A DNA stretch of 64,000 nucleotides from Adineta vaga (GCA_021613535.1 CP075495.1:14446001-14510000); one strand, 5' to 3'. Positions 23,399 to 38,259 are shown, counted from the stretch's first letter. The notes: a model not told the origin generated them from the sequence alone. Translations and numbers: made by a program.

Positions 23399-25875
23399 AT
23401 TTACTCTATATACGTAAGATTTTCATAAATGATTGTTAAAAAGTCAAATATTAACTAAAAAAATGAAGACATCTGATCAAACGATACTTGTTTTTCTAAC
23501 GCCAGAAAATACGTGAAAGTCCTGAACTGGAAACTAATTGACTATACAACACATAACTCCTGAATGCTGATACAGATAATTTAAAAAATGAGAAGATTCT
23601 AAGAAGTATAGTGTTGAGCGTCTAAGAAGAAAGCTAATATCGATGTTGAAAATCATCTAGTAAATGAGTTTCATATCCTGATAAACGAGATTTTCGTTGT
23701 GATTTTATTACTTTCATTTGTCATAAATATCAGAACAAAATTTTCTATACACCTTACCTATTCATTTCATAACAATTGAAAGGTTCTTAATCTATTCTTT
23801 CAAGTTATAACAGACTAATAGACTTATTCTATATATTTTTTGTCTATGTACTATAACGTTTGTCTTTCATATGGTAGTGATAATGATGTTTGAAGATTCT
23901 CTCCTTTCTTCTAACGAATAAAGACACAATTAGTTTTTCCTTATAATTATAACAGAGCTTAACACCTACGAGACATTTATTTTCTTTAATGATGTTTATG
24001 ACAAGCTTTTCTTTTTAGGTTTGAAACTCATTCTAAACCAAAAAAAAGAAAGTCGGTCTTCTCGTGCAACTGATTTTGATAAGATTATCGATTAAAATCC
24101 AATCTTCTTTCAAACATAATCATACATGACAACTATTCTTTTAATAACTTTATTTTCAGAATTTGTTAATCTTCGAAATAATTTCAAAAAACTAATCTTT
24201 TCAATATCAAAACAACCAAACGGATACAACCTACTCGTTTAATAATCTTCGTGATCTATTCGCAAAAGTTCTTATCGTATAATTATAATTGCTCACGAAA
24301 TAATAAACAACTAATCAATTTCGAGGTTAATCAGACATAAACATTCTATGTTTTGTTAAATAAATATTCAATTGATCTCGCCGGAACTATCATGTTTTCT
24401 AATGTTAGATCTTTCTAGAAAATTTATCAAATATTGATTATCAAACAAAATGAATCCGATAGACTTGCTTCTCTATGTTATTTATTGACATCAAAGAATT
24501 GTTTGAAAATAATTCACTAAAGTCTACTTATCAACAGATAAATTCTTCTTCTATCGTCAGTTTTTCGTTCAAAACAAAACAAAATGAATCATTTATTCAT
24601 CAAATTTACAATAGAAAACGAGAATAACAATTCTAATTGATCTATAAATAGAGAAGAATATCGTTACTCGACTTATTTCAAACGAATTCCATCTGTGTAT
24701 AAAATCATGTGACAGAAATTGAATTGAAAACTATGATTTTCTCAATACAATCGATTGATACAGTTTTTCTGTATTGATTTAGAGAAAATATAAAGCATTC
24801 GTTAAAGCAATTGAAATTTCGAATAACTATTTTAGCAAGTTTTCTGTCTAGCGATCGATCAATTGTATGAATGTAGTATTTGTATAGAAAAATCAAAGTA
24901 ACATTTTGTACAAACATTCACATGTCTGTATTGTAGGAGTAATTCTAACTATCAAGCTTCCTTTTCTCATGAGATATATGTTCAAAAAGAGAGAGAGAGA
25001 GAAGTACGTATTGATAAATTTTGTGCATTGAAGCCGAATAAATAAATCTCGTCCATTAACTCATTAGCATGAATAGTCATACCGCTACTCATTCTATGCT
25101 TTCATCTTCAGAGATCAACAAACATTGATTTCACGGTCAGTTCTCGATAACAATTAATCAAAAACAAAATAAGTCAAAATCATGCCATCAGATATTTTCT
25201 CTTTCTGTTAAAAAGAAATATAATAAGTTTATCGAAGAAATCCGTTCAATCTCTCGACATCAAAGTCAACAGAACTATTGTGTTCATACAAAATTCTCGA
25301 AAATTGTTGGTCATTTATTGATTGATTTCAATTCAGCGGTATTATTCGTCTGATCATTGGATTATTCGACTTTTTTCAGACTAAAGACATTTTCATTGCG
25401 TCGTCTAGTCAATTAACCTGTCATTTCGATAACAATACACCAAATCTTCTTATAGACATAGACAACGAAATTCTCTAAGACAATCACTCAACGAGCATCA
25501 GGTGAATAGTTGGCGTCAGCTGAATATTAGAAAAAATTAATTAGACAAATTGCAGTTTTTCTTGCCATGGAATCGTCTTACATTTCGCCTGAAGCCAATA
25601 CGTACCATCATCCTCGCCGACTAATTAGCATGTCGTTCACAGATGATGTGAACTTGTACATTCGAAAAAGGCCTCAAGCTAATTCCTTTTCTCTCTTTCA
25701 CACTATTTCATTTCGAGAAAAAAAACAATAAGAAGCAAATTCATCTGACAACAAATACATAAAGTTTATATTTATAATGTTTATGTATAATATATATCAC
25801 AGGCATTGAGAGAGAGAGAAAAAAAGCACACATGCACAATAGACGACTAGAAAAATCAAACTTCATGATGATTTT

Positions 25876-28363
25876 TCATCGTTGATGATAGAATCCATTT
25901 GAATAATTCACAAGAATAAGATATAGGAATAAAATCAAATAAAATCGACATTTACAAATTGATCCTTGATTAAGCAGAAGTTCAATTTGTGCTAAAAAGA
26001 AAATCAAAAAATAACATGATGAAATCATTAGAATGTCTATTGACATAGGATAGTTTATATACATATATATATATATGTGAATGAAAATGAGAATGAGAGA
26101 ACAAGATATTATTCTAAACACGTCATGTCCACTCAAAGATGAGATTAATTGTATATGCTTGGACAACAGTAACTTGTAAGGATGCCGCCCTTAACAAATA
26201 CACGCTTTTAGTACTAGCACTCATTCATCCATTCGACTGTCTCATACAAAGCTAATCTTCTTTCCATTTGCCAGATGTAATGAAACCTACCATATGATGG
26301 TGATGATATTCGATGATATTTTGGTAATATTGTCGCTGTTTTTGTTGTTGTCCGATTAATTAAAATTGTATCTAAAGATAATATTACTTTTTTTCTAATT
26401 TCAAATTAAAATCGTTTTACCATCAATATTGATGAATGCTTTGGAAATTTTTAAAGCATTTTCCGCTTCACATTCATACATGCCAAAGAGATTTGTATTA
26501 ATCTAAATAAAGAAATATTATTATTTTGCAGATGGAAATCACTTGTTCACATCTGTTGTAACTTACATCTAAGAAAAGTAGAAGTTCAACTGTATAATCA
26601 TTGATTTGTTTACGTTTGATATTATTTATCTCGAAACGATTTCGTTTCCATTTAGCTGAATTTAATGGACGTGCATAGATCGTACAATTAAGTAAAATAC
26701 GAGACGATTGAATTGATGAGTGAATTGTCAATTCAGGAGAAACTAAACGAAAATATAACGACTACATAGTGATTATTATAATGACAGAAAAAAGACATGT
26801 GTCTATTTTCGAGATCGTCTCATTTCTTATCACATATGCACACGATCAATCAGTATATAAGCACATTAAAACTAATGATTATATTATCATCAACGTTCTA
26901 TTGTATTCGAAAGCAAAACTGAAGGAAAGAAAAGTTTTTTTTCTTCCTATCTTAATTTAGATAATTGAGTCATAATACTCAAGTGTATTCATTCAGATGA
27001 TAAGATTGTCGTCATCGTCTTGCGTCTTTATATAACAAAAGAATAAATGAAAAGATATTTACTTGATGGAAGTAAACGTTTTGTACGTGTATCTCGTGGT
27101 GGTATACCATTATCGGCAAGACATTGATAATCAATCGGTGCTGTACGAGAAAGATTTTTAATCAATAATTTATTATCGAAAGCAATAATATCTAAATGAA
27201 TTATCAGGTATTTTGTTTTCTTTTTTTTTCAATGATTTTCTTGTCTTTACTTCGATCATTTCGTCTATTGATTAAGAATTTCTTTCCTGGTATATGCCAG
27301 ATAATTTTTGGTGGAGGTACACCTCGAGCTGAACATTTTAAAATGATTTGTTCATTTTCTTTGAGTATTTCATTGTTATTTGATTCAATTGTTATATCGA
27401 CTATTTTCGGAGGTGCTAAAAATGAGTAAAGAAAAGAAAAATCCATCAGAATATACATATATTAAATCAAAATCTGTCTATCACTTTTGAAAACACTTCA
27501 TTCAAAATGATAACCATTAGTAACAAGTCAAAAGTCGTCATGTTTAATCGTTCAATGAATGAAACCTTACATCAGTCTTTCATTACATAAAAACTGTCTC
27601 GTCTGATGATGTGAAAACATATTCAATGTGTTAAAAGATATTGTTTATATCTCATCAAATAACCATCGGAAGCGCTTTTTTCTGCTTCTTGATCACAAAT
27701 CGAGTCACAGATGGATGTGAGACAAATATATGTGCTTACTCAAAACGGTTAAATTAAATCGTTTGATGATTGTCAATGTCTGATCATCAGATGAAGATGA
27801 AACGCGACACGTGTATTCTCCACCATCGTCATCCGATACATCAGATAAAATCAAAGACCAAGTCCATGCATATCTATAATAATAAGAAAAAAAAACGGAG
27901 AGATCAATAAAATATCTATGAAAGTAAACGAAATGTTTCAATTCATACGTATGTTCAAGCATAAATCTTGTTCGATCACCATTACCAGTATCTTCATCAG
28001 TTTTTGTTATTAATAAACGTCCCGTGGGCCCGTAGAAATCCGCCTAGAATACATCAATTCTATTATGTATAGATATACATGTCATTCTAATCTGATATTA
28101 TATATTTCCCTTGTGAATATCCGACGTAATCATGTTTATTATGCTTATTTTATTGTCAAGAAGAAGAAGAAGAAAAAACTGGTCGACAAAAGATGATAAA
28201 TGACATGAGAACTTACTTGTTTGTTGGAATATTTTTCTGGTAAATCACATATCAATGTTGCTGTTTCACCTGTATTAACCGAGAGATTTTCCAAATAATC
28301 ATCCGATGCTATTCTTGATAAAGTTAAGCAGAAAATAAAACTAATTAAATAGATTGAAATCAT
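25876..28363 (-). CDS. Three-Ig-domain, probably GPI-anchored cell-adhesion protein (lachesin/DIP/IgLON-like); ~9 exons
   Basis: Signal peptide; Ig motifs GETATLICDLP, DDGGEYTC, LKCSARGVPPPKIIW, DYQCLADNGIPP, LLNCTIYARP, FGMYECEAEN; Thr-rich stalk; hydrophobic terminal exon 25991-25876 in phase with the donor at 26290. Confidence 0.8.
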
Positions 28364-30314
28364 ATGAATTTATTTGTTCATTCACATTTGTTGTTTTCTT
28401 TTCATTTTTATCTAAATAAAAATTGGATGAAAAAACGAAAAGATTTGTAAAAATAAAAAAGAAGAAACAATGTCAAGAGAAAGTTATACTAATGCCAACA
28501 GCATCCCTCGTTCATTATTCAAATGACTCGTTTTTTTCTCTCTCTTTCTCTTCTTTTCTTTCTTTTTCTCTCTCTCTACTTCTCTCATTCTCTCCTGTCC
28601 ATATAATTACAGTCGAACATGAATATGTATGTATATGAGTGTGTGTGTGTGAGTGTGTTCACTTTTGATTTGGTGTACAGGACAAGGAAAGAAAAAGATG
28701 AAGAAAAAAAAAGCATGACTGATTATCATCTTTCCTTACAAAAGAGTGAACGAAAGAGATTGAGGAGGAAATTATGGACCTTGAGCAAATTGAAAAAGAA
28801 ATCATCTTACTGGAACACTAACCAACATACATTGACGAGCGTGTATCTCGCCCTATCTATTTATATACAAATCCCTAAGCTTTCGTTATGTTTATTTCAT
28901 TATAGACTATCTTCATACAATAAGATTACTCAAGGACAGATATTTTTGATGTGACACACCCGAAATTAATTGGAGAAAAGAGAAATATTCTACGAAGAAG
29001 GTCAAGAAATGATTCACCTGTATTTAATGATCTTTAAGTATTTGGATATTTAATGTTGTCGGTAGTCTAGTCAAAGGTATTCATCTTGAACACAACTCAT
29101 TTTTACTCTTTCTTTCGCACTGCTGCTAGTCTGATTAAATTCAAGCACATACATATATACACAATTAGAATCGAGTTCGTTTGAAGACTTTCTTCTTCTT
29201 CTTCTTCTTTTTCTTCTTGCCCTAGAAAAGACGACGAAAGGAAGTGCACTGCCGGGAATGGAAAGAACAGAGAGAATGTGTTCAATCTGAATACAAGCGG
29301 AAAAACGACGATCGTACGCGACAATCAATTGTGTGACCTGCTGTTTCTAAATGTTTTATATGTACGTTCATATACAGTTAGATTAATGATAGAGTAAAGT
29401 ATTAATTGAAATAGGAGAAAGGAACAGCGGTGGTATAAGTTCAAATTTCTCTCGTTTCTTTGTATATTTCAAACAAAAAAAAAAGAAATCCGACGCAACA
29501 AAGTGCATTCTCACAAGAATTCTATGGACCATTGCTATAATCAATATGTATGAAGAATCAAATGAGCTTGTAGATTACTCAATCAAATCGGATTGTCGTG
29601 TTGTCTGATCTCATATATATTTGTATATATATGAGAGATAAAGAACAGATGGACGAGATGAAGGACAACATGCGAAATCTTCTATGACTAAAATTGATTT
29701 CAAGTTGTCTTCTTCTTTTTTTATGGGTAGTTAAGTGATAATAATTTCTAACATCAATCGAATGAAGAGAATTAAAATATTATCCTTCATAAAATTATAT
29801 TCTCGAGATAAAATAACAGAAAAACACTTCTGGCTACGGTATGACCTTTTTTTTCTGTATTCTTGAAAAGAATTTTCTTCTCTCTTTTCTTTTCTATTCC
29901 AGGTGAGATCTGATACTTTAAAAGCTTTGATTACATCATCAGTGGACATGAGTACTAAGCCGAATGATCACGCATAGCAAAGAAAAAGAAATGCAAATGA
30001 TTGATTCAAAATTTAATTGCTGATGTAAACATGTTATTGTTTTTTTTTTCTAGATACGAAAGAGAGAGAGAAATTATCGTGACCTATGAATAATTTACAT
30101 AGGATTTTTGATTGAATATTTTCTCTTTCGTGATTAAGAAATATTTCTAGATCAATCGATTTACTTATTGATTCAAAGGATTAGATTTAGTTTATGTTTG
30201 TCATCATTGTTGATCAGGGATTATTTTCAATTTAGATTTTAGTGATTCTTTATTCGAATAGAATTCTAAGAAAACCTGAACACACAGGAAAAAAAATGTT
30301 TGTTTTTGTTCTTG

Positions 30315-31706
30315 TTACAAACGTATTGGTACATGATCTTTAATCAAGACTTCATGAGCATCATCGGGTAAATGCCAATGAGGTTCATCTTCAAAATCAT
30401 TTTCTTTTTGGGCAAATATTGGTATACGTAAAATAATACCCGTGATAAGTCCACCAACGATTGCCATACCTATCGATAAGGCTAAACCAGCTGCTTGATA
30501 ACCTGATTGCGTACCACTACCTCGAAAGACACCACCACCAAGACATGAACTTGTTAGATGAGTTAAATAACCTGAACGATCACCAATGGAAGCAACAATA
30601 ATACCTGTTATACCAGACATAATACCAGGCATACCATGTAAATTGTTAACACCACAGGTATCATGTATACGAAGACGTTTTAATCTAGGTAAAATAAATT
30701 CATATCCTAAAACTGACATCATACCAGCAAGTGAACCAATAATCATAGCACCATGAAGTCCAATATTTGATCCAGCAATTGTTCCTACAGCAACACCACC
30801 GGCCAATGTAGAATTTTGAATATGTGCCATATCAAATCGACCTCGTTTCACAACATATGACATGAGAAAAGCGCCGATAACTGATGCACAAATTGAAATA
30901 TATGTATTGACAATGGCATGAAGACGTTCAGAACCAGTTGCGACACCTGCATTGAAGGATGGCCAAAAACAGAAAAGAAAAATTGTACCGATCATTGCAA
31001 ACATATCCGATGTGTAACGTGATTTTTCATGTGGAGAATCAAAACTATTCTTACGAAATAAAACAAATGCCACAGCTAAACCAAAATATGCACCTAAAAC
31101 AAACAATTTCATATCGATTTCAGTTTTCTTCTTCTATAATTTCAAATCTATTCTCTTACCAAATGTATGAACATACATTGATTCACCAGGATCAAAAGCA
31201 CAGAATATATGTAAACCAATATATTCATTGACAACTTGTATTGGTACTTCAAGAAATGCCATGATAATTAATTGAACAGGATTTGCTTTACCTAAAACTG
31301 CACCCATAGATATAAGAATACTTGCTGAAACAAAATCTGCTGTTGTTAAACTTTGAACGTCAACAATAAACTTTTGATTAGTACCATTCCAATCAAATAA
31401 ATAACCACGAACAATAATTGCCCATTCTAATGTAAAAGCACAAAGAATAAAATTAAAGCCAACAGATGAAAACGAATATCGTCGTAAGAACGTCATTAAA
31501 AAGCCAAAACCAACGAACATCATTAGATGAATATCTGTATACATTGAATAATAGAATTCCACCAAACCTCGTGGTGGAGTTTCATAATTTGTGACATTCG
31601 AAGTGGGATAATATTGATAATCAGCATGAAAACCCAGTAGAAATGTGAATAGAATTTGAAAAAGTATTAAGAGAAAGGGAAATATGTACGTACGGAACTC
31701 GACCAT
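30315..31706 (-). CDS. Rhesus-type ammonium transporter; 2 exons (31706-31160, 31093-30315), ~441 aa
   Basis: DIHLMMFVGFGFLMTFLRRY, SMYVHTFGAYFGL, FWPSFN, HIQNSTLAGGVAVG, HDTCGVNNLHGMPG; both pore histidines present. Confidence 0.95.
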
Positions 31707-32720
31707 ATTTTCGTATTTTGATTGTTTGAACTAAATTTCTAGGCCATTTTTATACATTAAAAAGAAGTTTGCACTACGAGAACTTCTTATTTAGCATTTC
31801 TTTTTTTGCCATATGTCTTTGTCACTTATTATGGAATAGGCCACTTCAAGTGTTGTCATTACTGTAGTCGAAAAGAAAATAATAGATGCAGCAAAAACAG
31901 ATGTAATTACTTTTTCGTTTGGAATTACGATATTTGTTGAATATCAGAACAGAAGAAAAGTAAATAAACCCAATTTGAATTGTTTTAATTTTATTTTTCT
32001 TTCACGAATGAATGTTTGTGTAGTATGTACAAGATGAAATGATTATGTGATTTTGTGTTGAAGGAAAAAGGATGTCAACAAGGTACGATAACGTTTTTAT
32101 GTCCTGATGGAACACTTTGAATAAAATCACCTTAAATACAAAAATATATATCTAAACTTTTGTTTATAACAAAACGATTAAGTATCACTTTCTTTTTATG
32201 ATTAGTTTTTCTACTTGATTTCAATACGTTGTAAAACATGATTTTTCTTCGGTTGTAAAATTCAATTTTCGGAGATTCGCTTATGTGATGAATTAGCCTT
32301 TTTTCGCAAAAAAGATTTAAATCAACGAATCAAATAGAATTTGCCTTTTCTCACGTGAAATGTTTGATCTAAAATCGTTTTCAATATGGTTCTATTTTCA
32401 ACAGAACAAGAAACCATATAAAATGGTACATAAGAAGTTTATTTCGTGTTTGTTTTAATAAAAATAGAGTTTCAATCTTATTTTTTTAACAATCCACTCT
32501 TTGCTCTCTTATTCTCATCAATATACCAAACATTTTCTCAATCATAGTTACGCATTTCTTTTACTTCATAATCACATGATGTTTTTCCACAATAATAATA
32601 TGGAAATATATTAAGAAAACTTCGTGATAATTTGTACATAGAAAAAAAATATATGTTTATTGATATTTTTATAAAATATCTCATGTTTATCAAAAAGTTT
32701 ATGAATATTTATAATACATC

Positions 32721-35700
32721 TTAACAAGCTGTATTATTTAATGTATGAATAAGTTTTCGTATTGATGCTGCTTCTGTATCTGAATCAACACGGTAAGGAA
32801 CACCACTAATACCAGATGGATAACTAAATTAAAGATAGAAGAAATAAATAATGATTAGAAATTTGAATGTATAACATACAAGAATATAAAACGTGTACAA
32901 ATTAAATTTGGATCTTGAATTGTCCAAATATCTGATGAGTGTTTTTTATAAACATCAGGAGAATTAATGACTAATTAAAAAGAGATGAAGAATGCATTGA
33001 ATTGAAAATGAATTCTTTGTCTTACTTTCACATAAAGCAATACATGACCAATTTAGTTTTTCCAATTGTGGAATCTAAAAATATAGAGTAGAACAATGTC
33101 AATACGAAAATGAAAGTATAAAAAGTAGTCAATCAAAAAGATTCTCCGAATACTTAAAACATGTGAGCGTAAGTCGAACAGTTTTCAACTGAGTTAATAA
33201 ATTCAATTTTATTAGAACTTACATCTCCATTATAATCGTAAGTATGACTGTTTTGATGTGTAGCATAAGATAAACGAGAACGTGTATATCCCAATGAAAA
33301 TTCAAAACTAGGTGAAACATAAACTCCCGCACCATATGCAGCTCCATTAAGCTAATAGAATAAATTGATGAATACGAAGAACATATGAAATATTTCACTT
33401 ACCAAATATCCACCTTTACCAATTTGTAAACCTGATCGAAGAATTGAATGCCAATTTTCTTGAGGTGAACCATGAAAAGCAAAGATACTTCCTTTTTCTG
33501 TTCGTTGATTTTTGAAATTTACATGTTTAACAATATCTTCATGTTTAATGAAATATTGAAAATCAGTTCGACATTGTGCAATTCGATGTTCTTGAGGAAT
33601 AAGTGAAAAATGATAACGATTTGTTCCCATTAACCTTGAGAAAGAAGGAAAAAAAGTGAAAATAAGATTTTTAATTTCTTTCAATTTTTTACCAATGAAA
33701 AAATGAAAAAGCCCATGGATGTTTTAATTCTAACATGCTTCTCAAGGAAATTCTCTCGCCTTCATATTGTGTAATTGATTTCATTTTCATAATATTATCA
33801 AGAATTTCTCTTAATATTCTTAAATTTTCTTCTTTCTAAAAGCAAAGAAAAGTTTGTTGTTGATATGTGTTATTTTATTTTTCTTCATTTACATTTCCAT
33901 TTTCATCGATTAATGTCGTTGCTGTATTATATGGATTGATTAGTTTTGGATAAGGATCAAGAATTAATTGATAACGATTTGAACGAATAGCGGCCGAGAC
34001 GAGTAAAAGAAGAAAATCTGCGAGCTAAACAAAACTAATTCGATAAGTTTAGTCGGAATTGAAAAAAACAAACTTCGATAGAGAAAATCGATGGTGGAAG
34101 TGGATCATTACGAAATTTCGAATCCATGGCATTACTAAAGCATTCATAATCATCACAAATTGTTGGCTAAAGAATCAAATCGATTATTTTATCTCTGTTA
34201 AAAAATTCATCATTTACTTTTGAAGCATTTTTATTATCTCGATTAAACGTTCGTTTTCCACACATAACACATAATGAATTCAAATTCTCCAAACGATAAC
34301 CAATATATATACAAAACTAAAACAAAGAAATTCATGAATTAATCTTGAAAATATTTCTTTCTACTTGAACGAGATAGCCATGATAGAGTGGAGGTAAATG
34401 TTTTTCATGAAATAGATCATAATGCTTAATCACATTGGATGACTGACGTCGAGGAACTTTGATTAATTCTAATTTTTGAGCAATTTTTCTATCATTACCA
34501 AGAATTTCATTTGCTACTGAATCATTCAATAAAGTATCATCAGTTACATCACCAAGTAATTCTTTATAATCTTTTTGTTTAGATTTTGGAAGAATCTCTA
34601 AACTAAATATGAAAAACCATGTTTTGATCTTTCGAAAGAAAATCTTTATGAATACATACAAATACTTTAGACGTAATGTAGAATCTAATGCAGCACGAGA
34701 ATAGGATAATTTTTCCATTGTTAATGGGTTTTTATCGAAAAAATCACGAATAAGTCTGAAGATATGAATTTTGTTTTTGAATATTTTTCAATTAATCTTT
34801 ACCTTTCAATAAATGGAACTTTATATGCATAAGCAGGATGACAATCACAATTTTGAAAGACATGTTCAACAATGACTAAAATGAAACATTTTAATCTGAT
34901 AAGATATACAAATTCAGAGAGAAAGTAAATTGATTTGATTATTCTTTTGATAATCTTGGCATGGATTGAAATTTAATAACTCAAATATTTCTTTCAACAT
35001 GCTGTTTACTAATACAGAAGTTATATCGAAAAACATGTCAATCAAAAAATAAATATCAAATATTTGAAGTCGTGTCTACATATAAAGTCATGATTTACAA
35101 AATCTAATCGTTCGTTTAGGTTAGTTACTGTAATTTAACTAATCAGAGAATAGGCCAGTAGGAAAGGTTCATATTTCCAGTCAAAGGTTCTTGCAAAAAC
35201 AAGGAACTTCTTTAGCAAATTACGCAGTAGTATTCACATTCGTACACAAAAACAGCATTCTTTCTTTTACTTTGATGTGATTTCATCAAAATGACGTCAT
35301 ACCGAAGAATGTGCTTTTTACGTGTCAGGCGACAAATTTTGTATGAAAAAACCTTCCTTACGAACATTGATTTTGGACTTTTTACGAACCTTTTTCTTCA
35401 AGATAAAGTCGATTGTCCACTAATATATGGCAAGTTAATGGTGTTTTATTACAAATTTGCCATTGACACGCCGTTTCACATTCAATATGAATTGTAGAAA
35501 ATTGAAAAATAATTCTTGATACTCGTCGATTTTCTGTATCTGACCTAAAATCATCGAAAATTTGCATTTTGAAATTTCTCATCAAGAGACTATCTACTGA
35601 TATGAAGCACCATCTAATAATGTCATAGGTACATGTGTAAATATAGCAGTAATATCATCTAATAATAATGGATGAAGATCATAATCAATTTTCTATAAGA

Positions 35701-36014
35701 AAACAAAATTTCGTTGAAAATCTATCGAAATAATTTAGACATACAGATGATGTTGATTCTGATAATGGGTTTTGATCACTTGTTGATGAACTGGATATTA
35801 TTTGTTCTTCATCATCATCATCATCATCATCCGGATGAGTTTCTTCATTCATTTCATCGTCGTCTTCATATTGTTCTTCATCATTAATACCTTCATCTTG
35901 ATCGGTTTCGTGAATGCCGTCCATTATTTGTCGCGGATGATCTTCTTCAGATAGTATTGATATATTCTCACTTGAATCTTGTGACGAATTTGAAGTTGTT
36001 GTTATCACTGACAT
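32721..36014 (-). CDS. PARP6/PARP8-like mono-ADP-ribosyltransferase; many small exons
   Basis: FAFHGSPQENWHSILRSGL, LNGAAYGAGVYVSP, IALCEVIN, IWTIQDPNLICTRFIF; upstream CVMC...KPTICDDYEC Cys cluster and YQLILDPYP; acidic N-terminus. Some internal exon boundaries are uncertain. Confidence 0.8.
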
Positions 36015-36567
36015 TCTATCGTATTTGGAAAAAACACAATGTGAAAAGATGACTAATGCACTTATTATTTAAATATGGAAGTAGACAGAACAAGTTAAAA
36101 AATGCAAAGTATAGCTTGTCTGTTCTGATGTCAAAGGTAAAGCATTGTCTGAATCATGCGCGATAAAAACTAACGAACAAATACGGTAGATAGATAGATC
36201 AGACATTGCTGACCTCTACTTGGAAAAAATAATATCTTGAAAATGAATGAAATTTTCAATGAATATTCTTTTGTAAAGAAATTCATCTCCATATTTTCTT
36301 TTTATCTTCTCCTGAATTGTGTTTTTTCTCTTACGTCATTATCAACCAACCAATACCATGTAAAGTTTTTATCTGGTGTGTGTATTACATTTTACGTCGA
36401 TATTTCGTTTTTTTTGTGTAAAAACATAAACTCGGGATGATGCAATTTCCCTGTAATTACTCATGACTATTTTTCTTTGTTTTGGACGCAAATATTTACA
36501 TATATATACCTAAGGTTTATTATATTGTTGTTTATTTCTTAGATTATATTTTCATCGATACGAAACA

Positions 36568-37092
36568 ATGAGTAAATCGAGCGCAAATTTTGGAGGTACC
36601 GTTGGTTGGGATGAACATACCGTCATTGGTAAGATACGATTTTAATTCAAATGAAATGATTATATTTGATTTGAATTGATAGGTAAACGTGCACCACGTG
36701 CTGGGGAATTAAAAACTGAATCAGCTATTGCCGCTGCTCAACGTGCTGGCGTCGCTATAGATACATCGAAAAAATTTGCTGCTGGTAACAATAAACAACA
36801 TGAAGCAGCGAAAAATACTGCTGCATTAGATCGTGAAACTGAAGAATTACATCATAATCGAGTTGAAAAAGATGTTTCACGTGCCATGCAACAAGCCCGA
36901 ATTGCTAAAGAATGGACTCAAGCAGATTTAGCACGCAATGTCAATGAGAAACAACAAGTTATTAATGAATATGAACAAGGCAAAGCAATACCAAATCAAC
37001 AAGTATTAAGCAAATTGGAACGAGCTTTAGGAGTTAAATTACGTGGAAAAGATGTTGGTGAACCATTAGCTGCTGGACCAAAAAAGAAATAA
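36568..37092 (+). CDS. EDF1: Multiprotein bridging factor 1 / EDF1; 2 exons (36568-36628, 36683-37092), 156 aa
   Basis: WDEHTVIGKR, KFAAGNNKQH, LDRETEELHH, HTH region WTQADLARNVNEKQQVINEYEQGKAIPNQQVLSKLERALGVKLRG. Confidence 0.95.
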
Positions 37093-37341
37093 GACATCAA
37101 ATATTGTGATTTGAACCGTTCAAGTTTCTTTTTCTTGCTCGTCCTGTAAAATTATCCATTCTTTCATTTTGGACTTTCTTTTTTTCGTGATGTTCCGTTT
37201 GCTTCTTCTTCTTGTTCAGTAAAATTGCAAAGAAAGATAAATATTTCTTCTAAATATCAAGTCTTACTTTGTAGATCGATTTTGTTTTCAAAAAAAGAAA
37301 AAGAAAAACAAACGATAGTCTTTCTTTGATATGTTCTAAAC

Positions 37342-37812
37342 ATGGATCCAGCTGATGATTTAAAAGCTTTTGAACGTCGAATGATTGAAATCATTTCTAC
37401 TGTTCAACCATCAACATGGCGTTGGCGAATTCTATTATTCATTCTTATTCTAACTAATCTCATTACATTTTCGAATTTAATTAGTCATTTAATGTATTCA
37501 TCTTTTGCGAAATCGTCAATTACAACTACATCAACCGAATTCTTCTCAACACAAATCATCGATGTTAATCATTCGAAATCTTATTTCTCAATATTTCTTT
37601 CAAATATCCTTCGAAATGATATTTCCTTTGTCATTTCATTTAGTTTATTACTTTTTGCATTTCTATATGGTATTCATAATAAAATATCAACATCATCAAC
37701 TATTATTACGCGAATTCGTTCGATTCTAGCTGATTATAATATGTCATGTGATTCTGATGGTCGTTTGATATTAAAACCACGTCCAACAATGTATTTCAAT
37801 GGAGGATCTTGA
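37342..37812 (+). CDS. CNEP1R1: CTD nuclear envelope phosphatase regulatory subunit 1 (TMEM188/Spo7-like), 156 aa
   Basis: DLKAFERR...QPSTWRWR and GIHNKI...II.RIRSILADYNMSCDSDGRLILKPRP with two TM segments. Confidence 0.9.
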   Translation: MDPADDLKAFERRMIEIISTVQPSTWRWRILLFILILTNLITFSNLISHLMYSSFAKSSITTTSTEFFSTQIIDVNHSKSYFSIFLSNILRNDISFVISFSLLLFAFLYGIHNKISTSSTIITRIRSILADYNMSCDSDGRLILKPRPTMYFNGGS

Positions 37813-38259
37813 TAATCTCAATTGTTCGACTATTTGAACAATTATTTCGATATGATATAATTAGTATTTTATATAAATTATTATAGTTTTTGTTTTTATT
37901 TTGAAAGAAAAAATAATAATATAAAGATTGAATTATAATTATTGAAATCAGTCTAAAACAACAACATGAAGAAGAAGAACAACAACAACAACTACAAACT
38001 TTTTAGTAATGTAAGTGACTAAAATATCTTGAGAAGTTTGTATTGAATCACATGTGGAATTTCTTTTGAACATAGTAACTCGTACATTATTTCATGAGAT
38101 AATAAACATTGAATTCGATCTTTCTTGTATAATTATTCATATAAATATCTAATTACGATCTTTAATATCAAAAGATTTATTATCCTTAAAGAGTAATGAT
38201 ATTATTAGACTTTTTTTTGTTCTATTTCAGATAAAATTTATCATTGGTATGAGATTAGA

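Noticed and set aside
19444-25875. Hidden genes or ncRNAs in the long spacers around the neuropeptide gene
   Set aside because: Apart from the precursor, no coding bias, tRNA cloverleaf or repeat array was visible; an Infernal/Rfam scan would be needed to exclude small RNAs.
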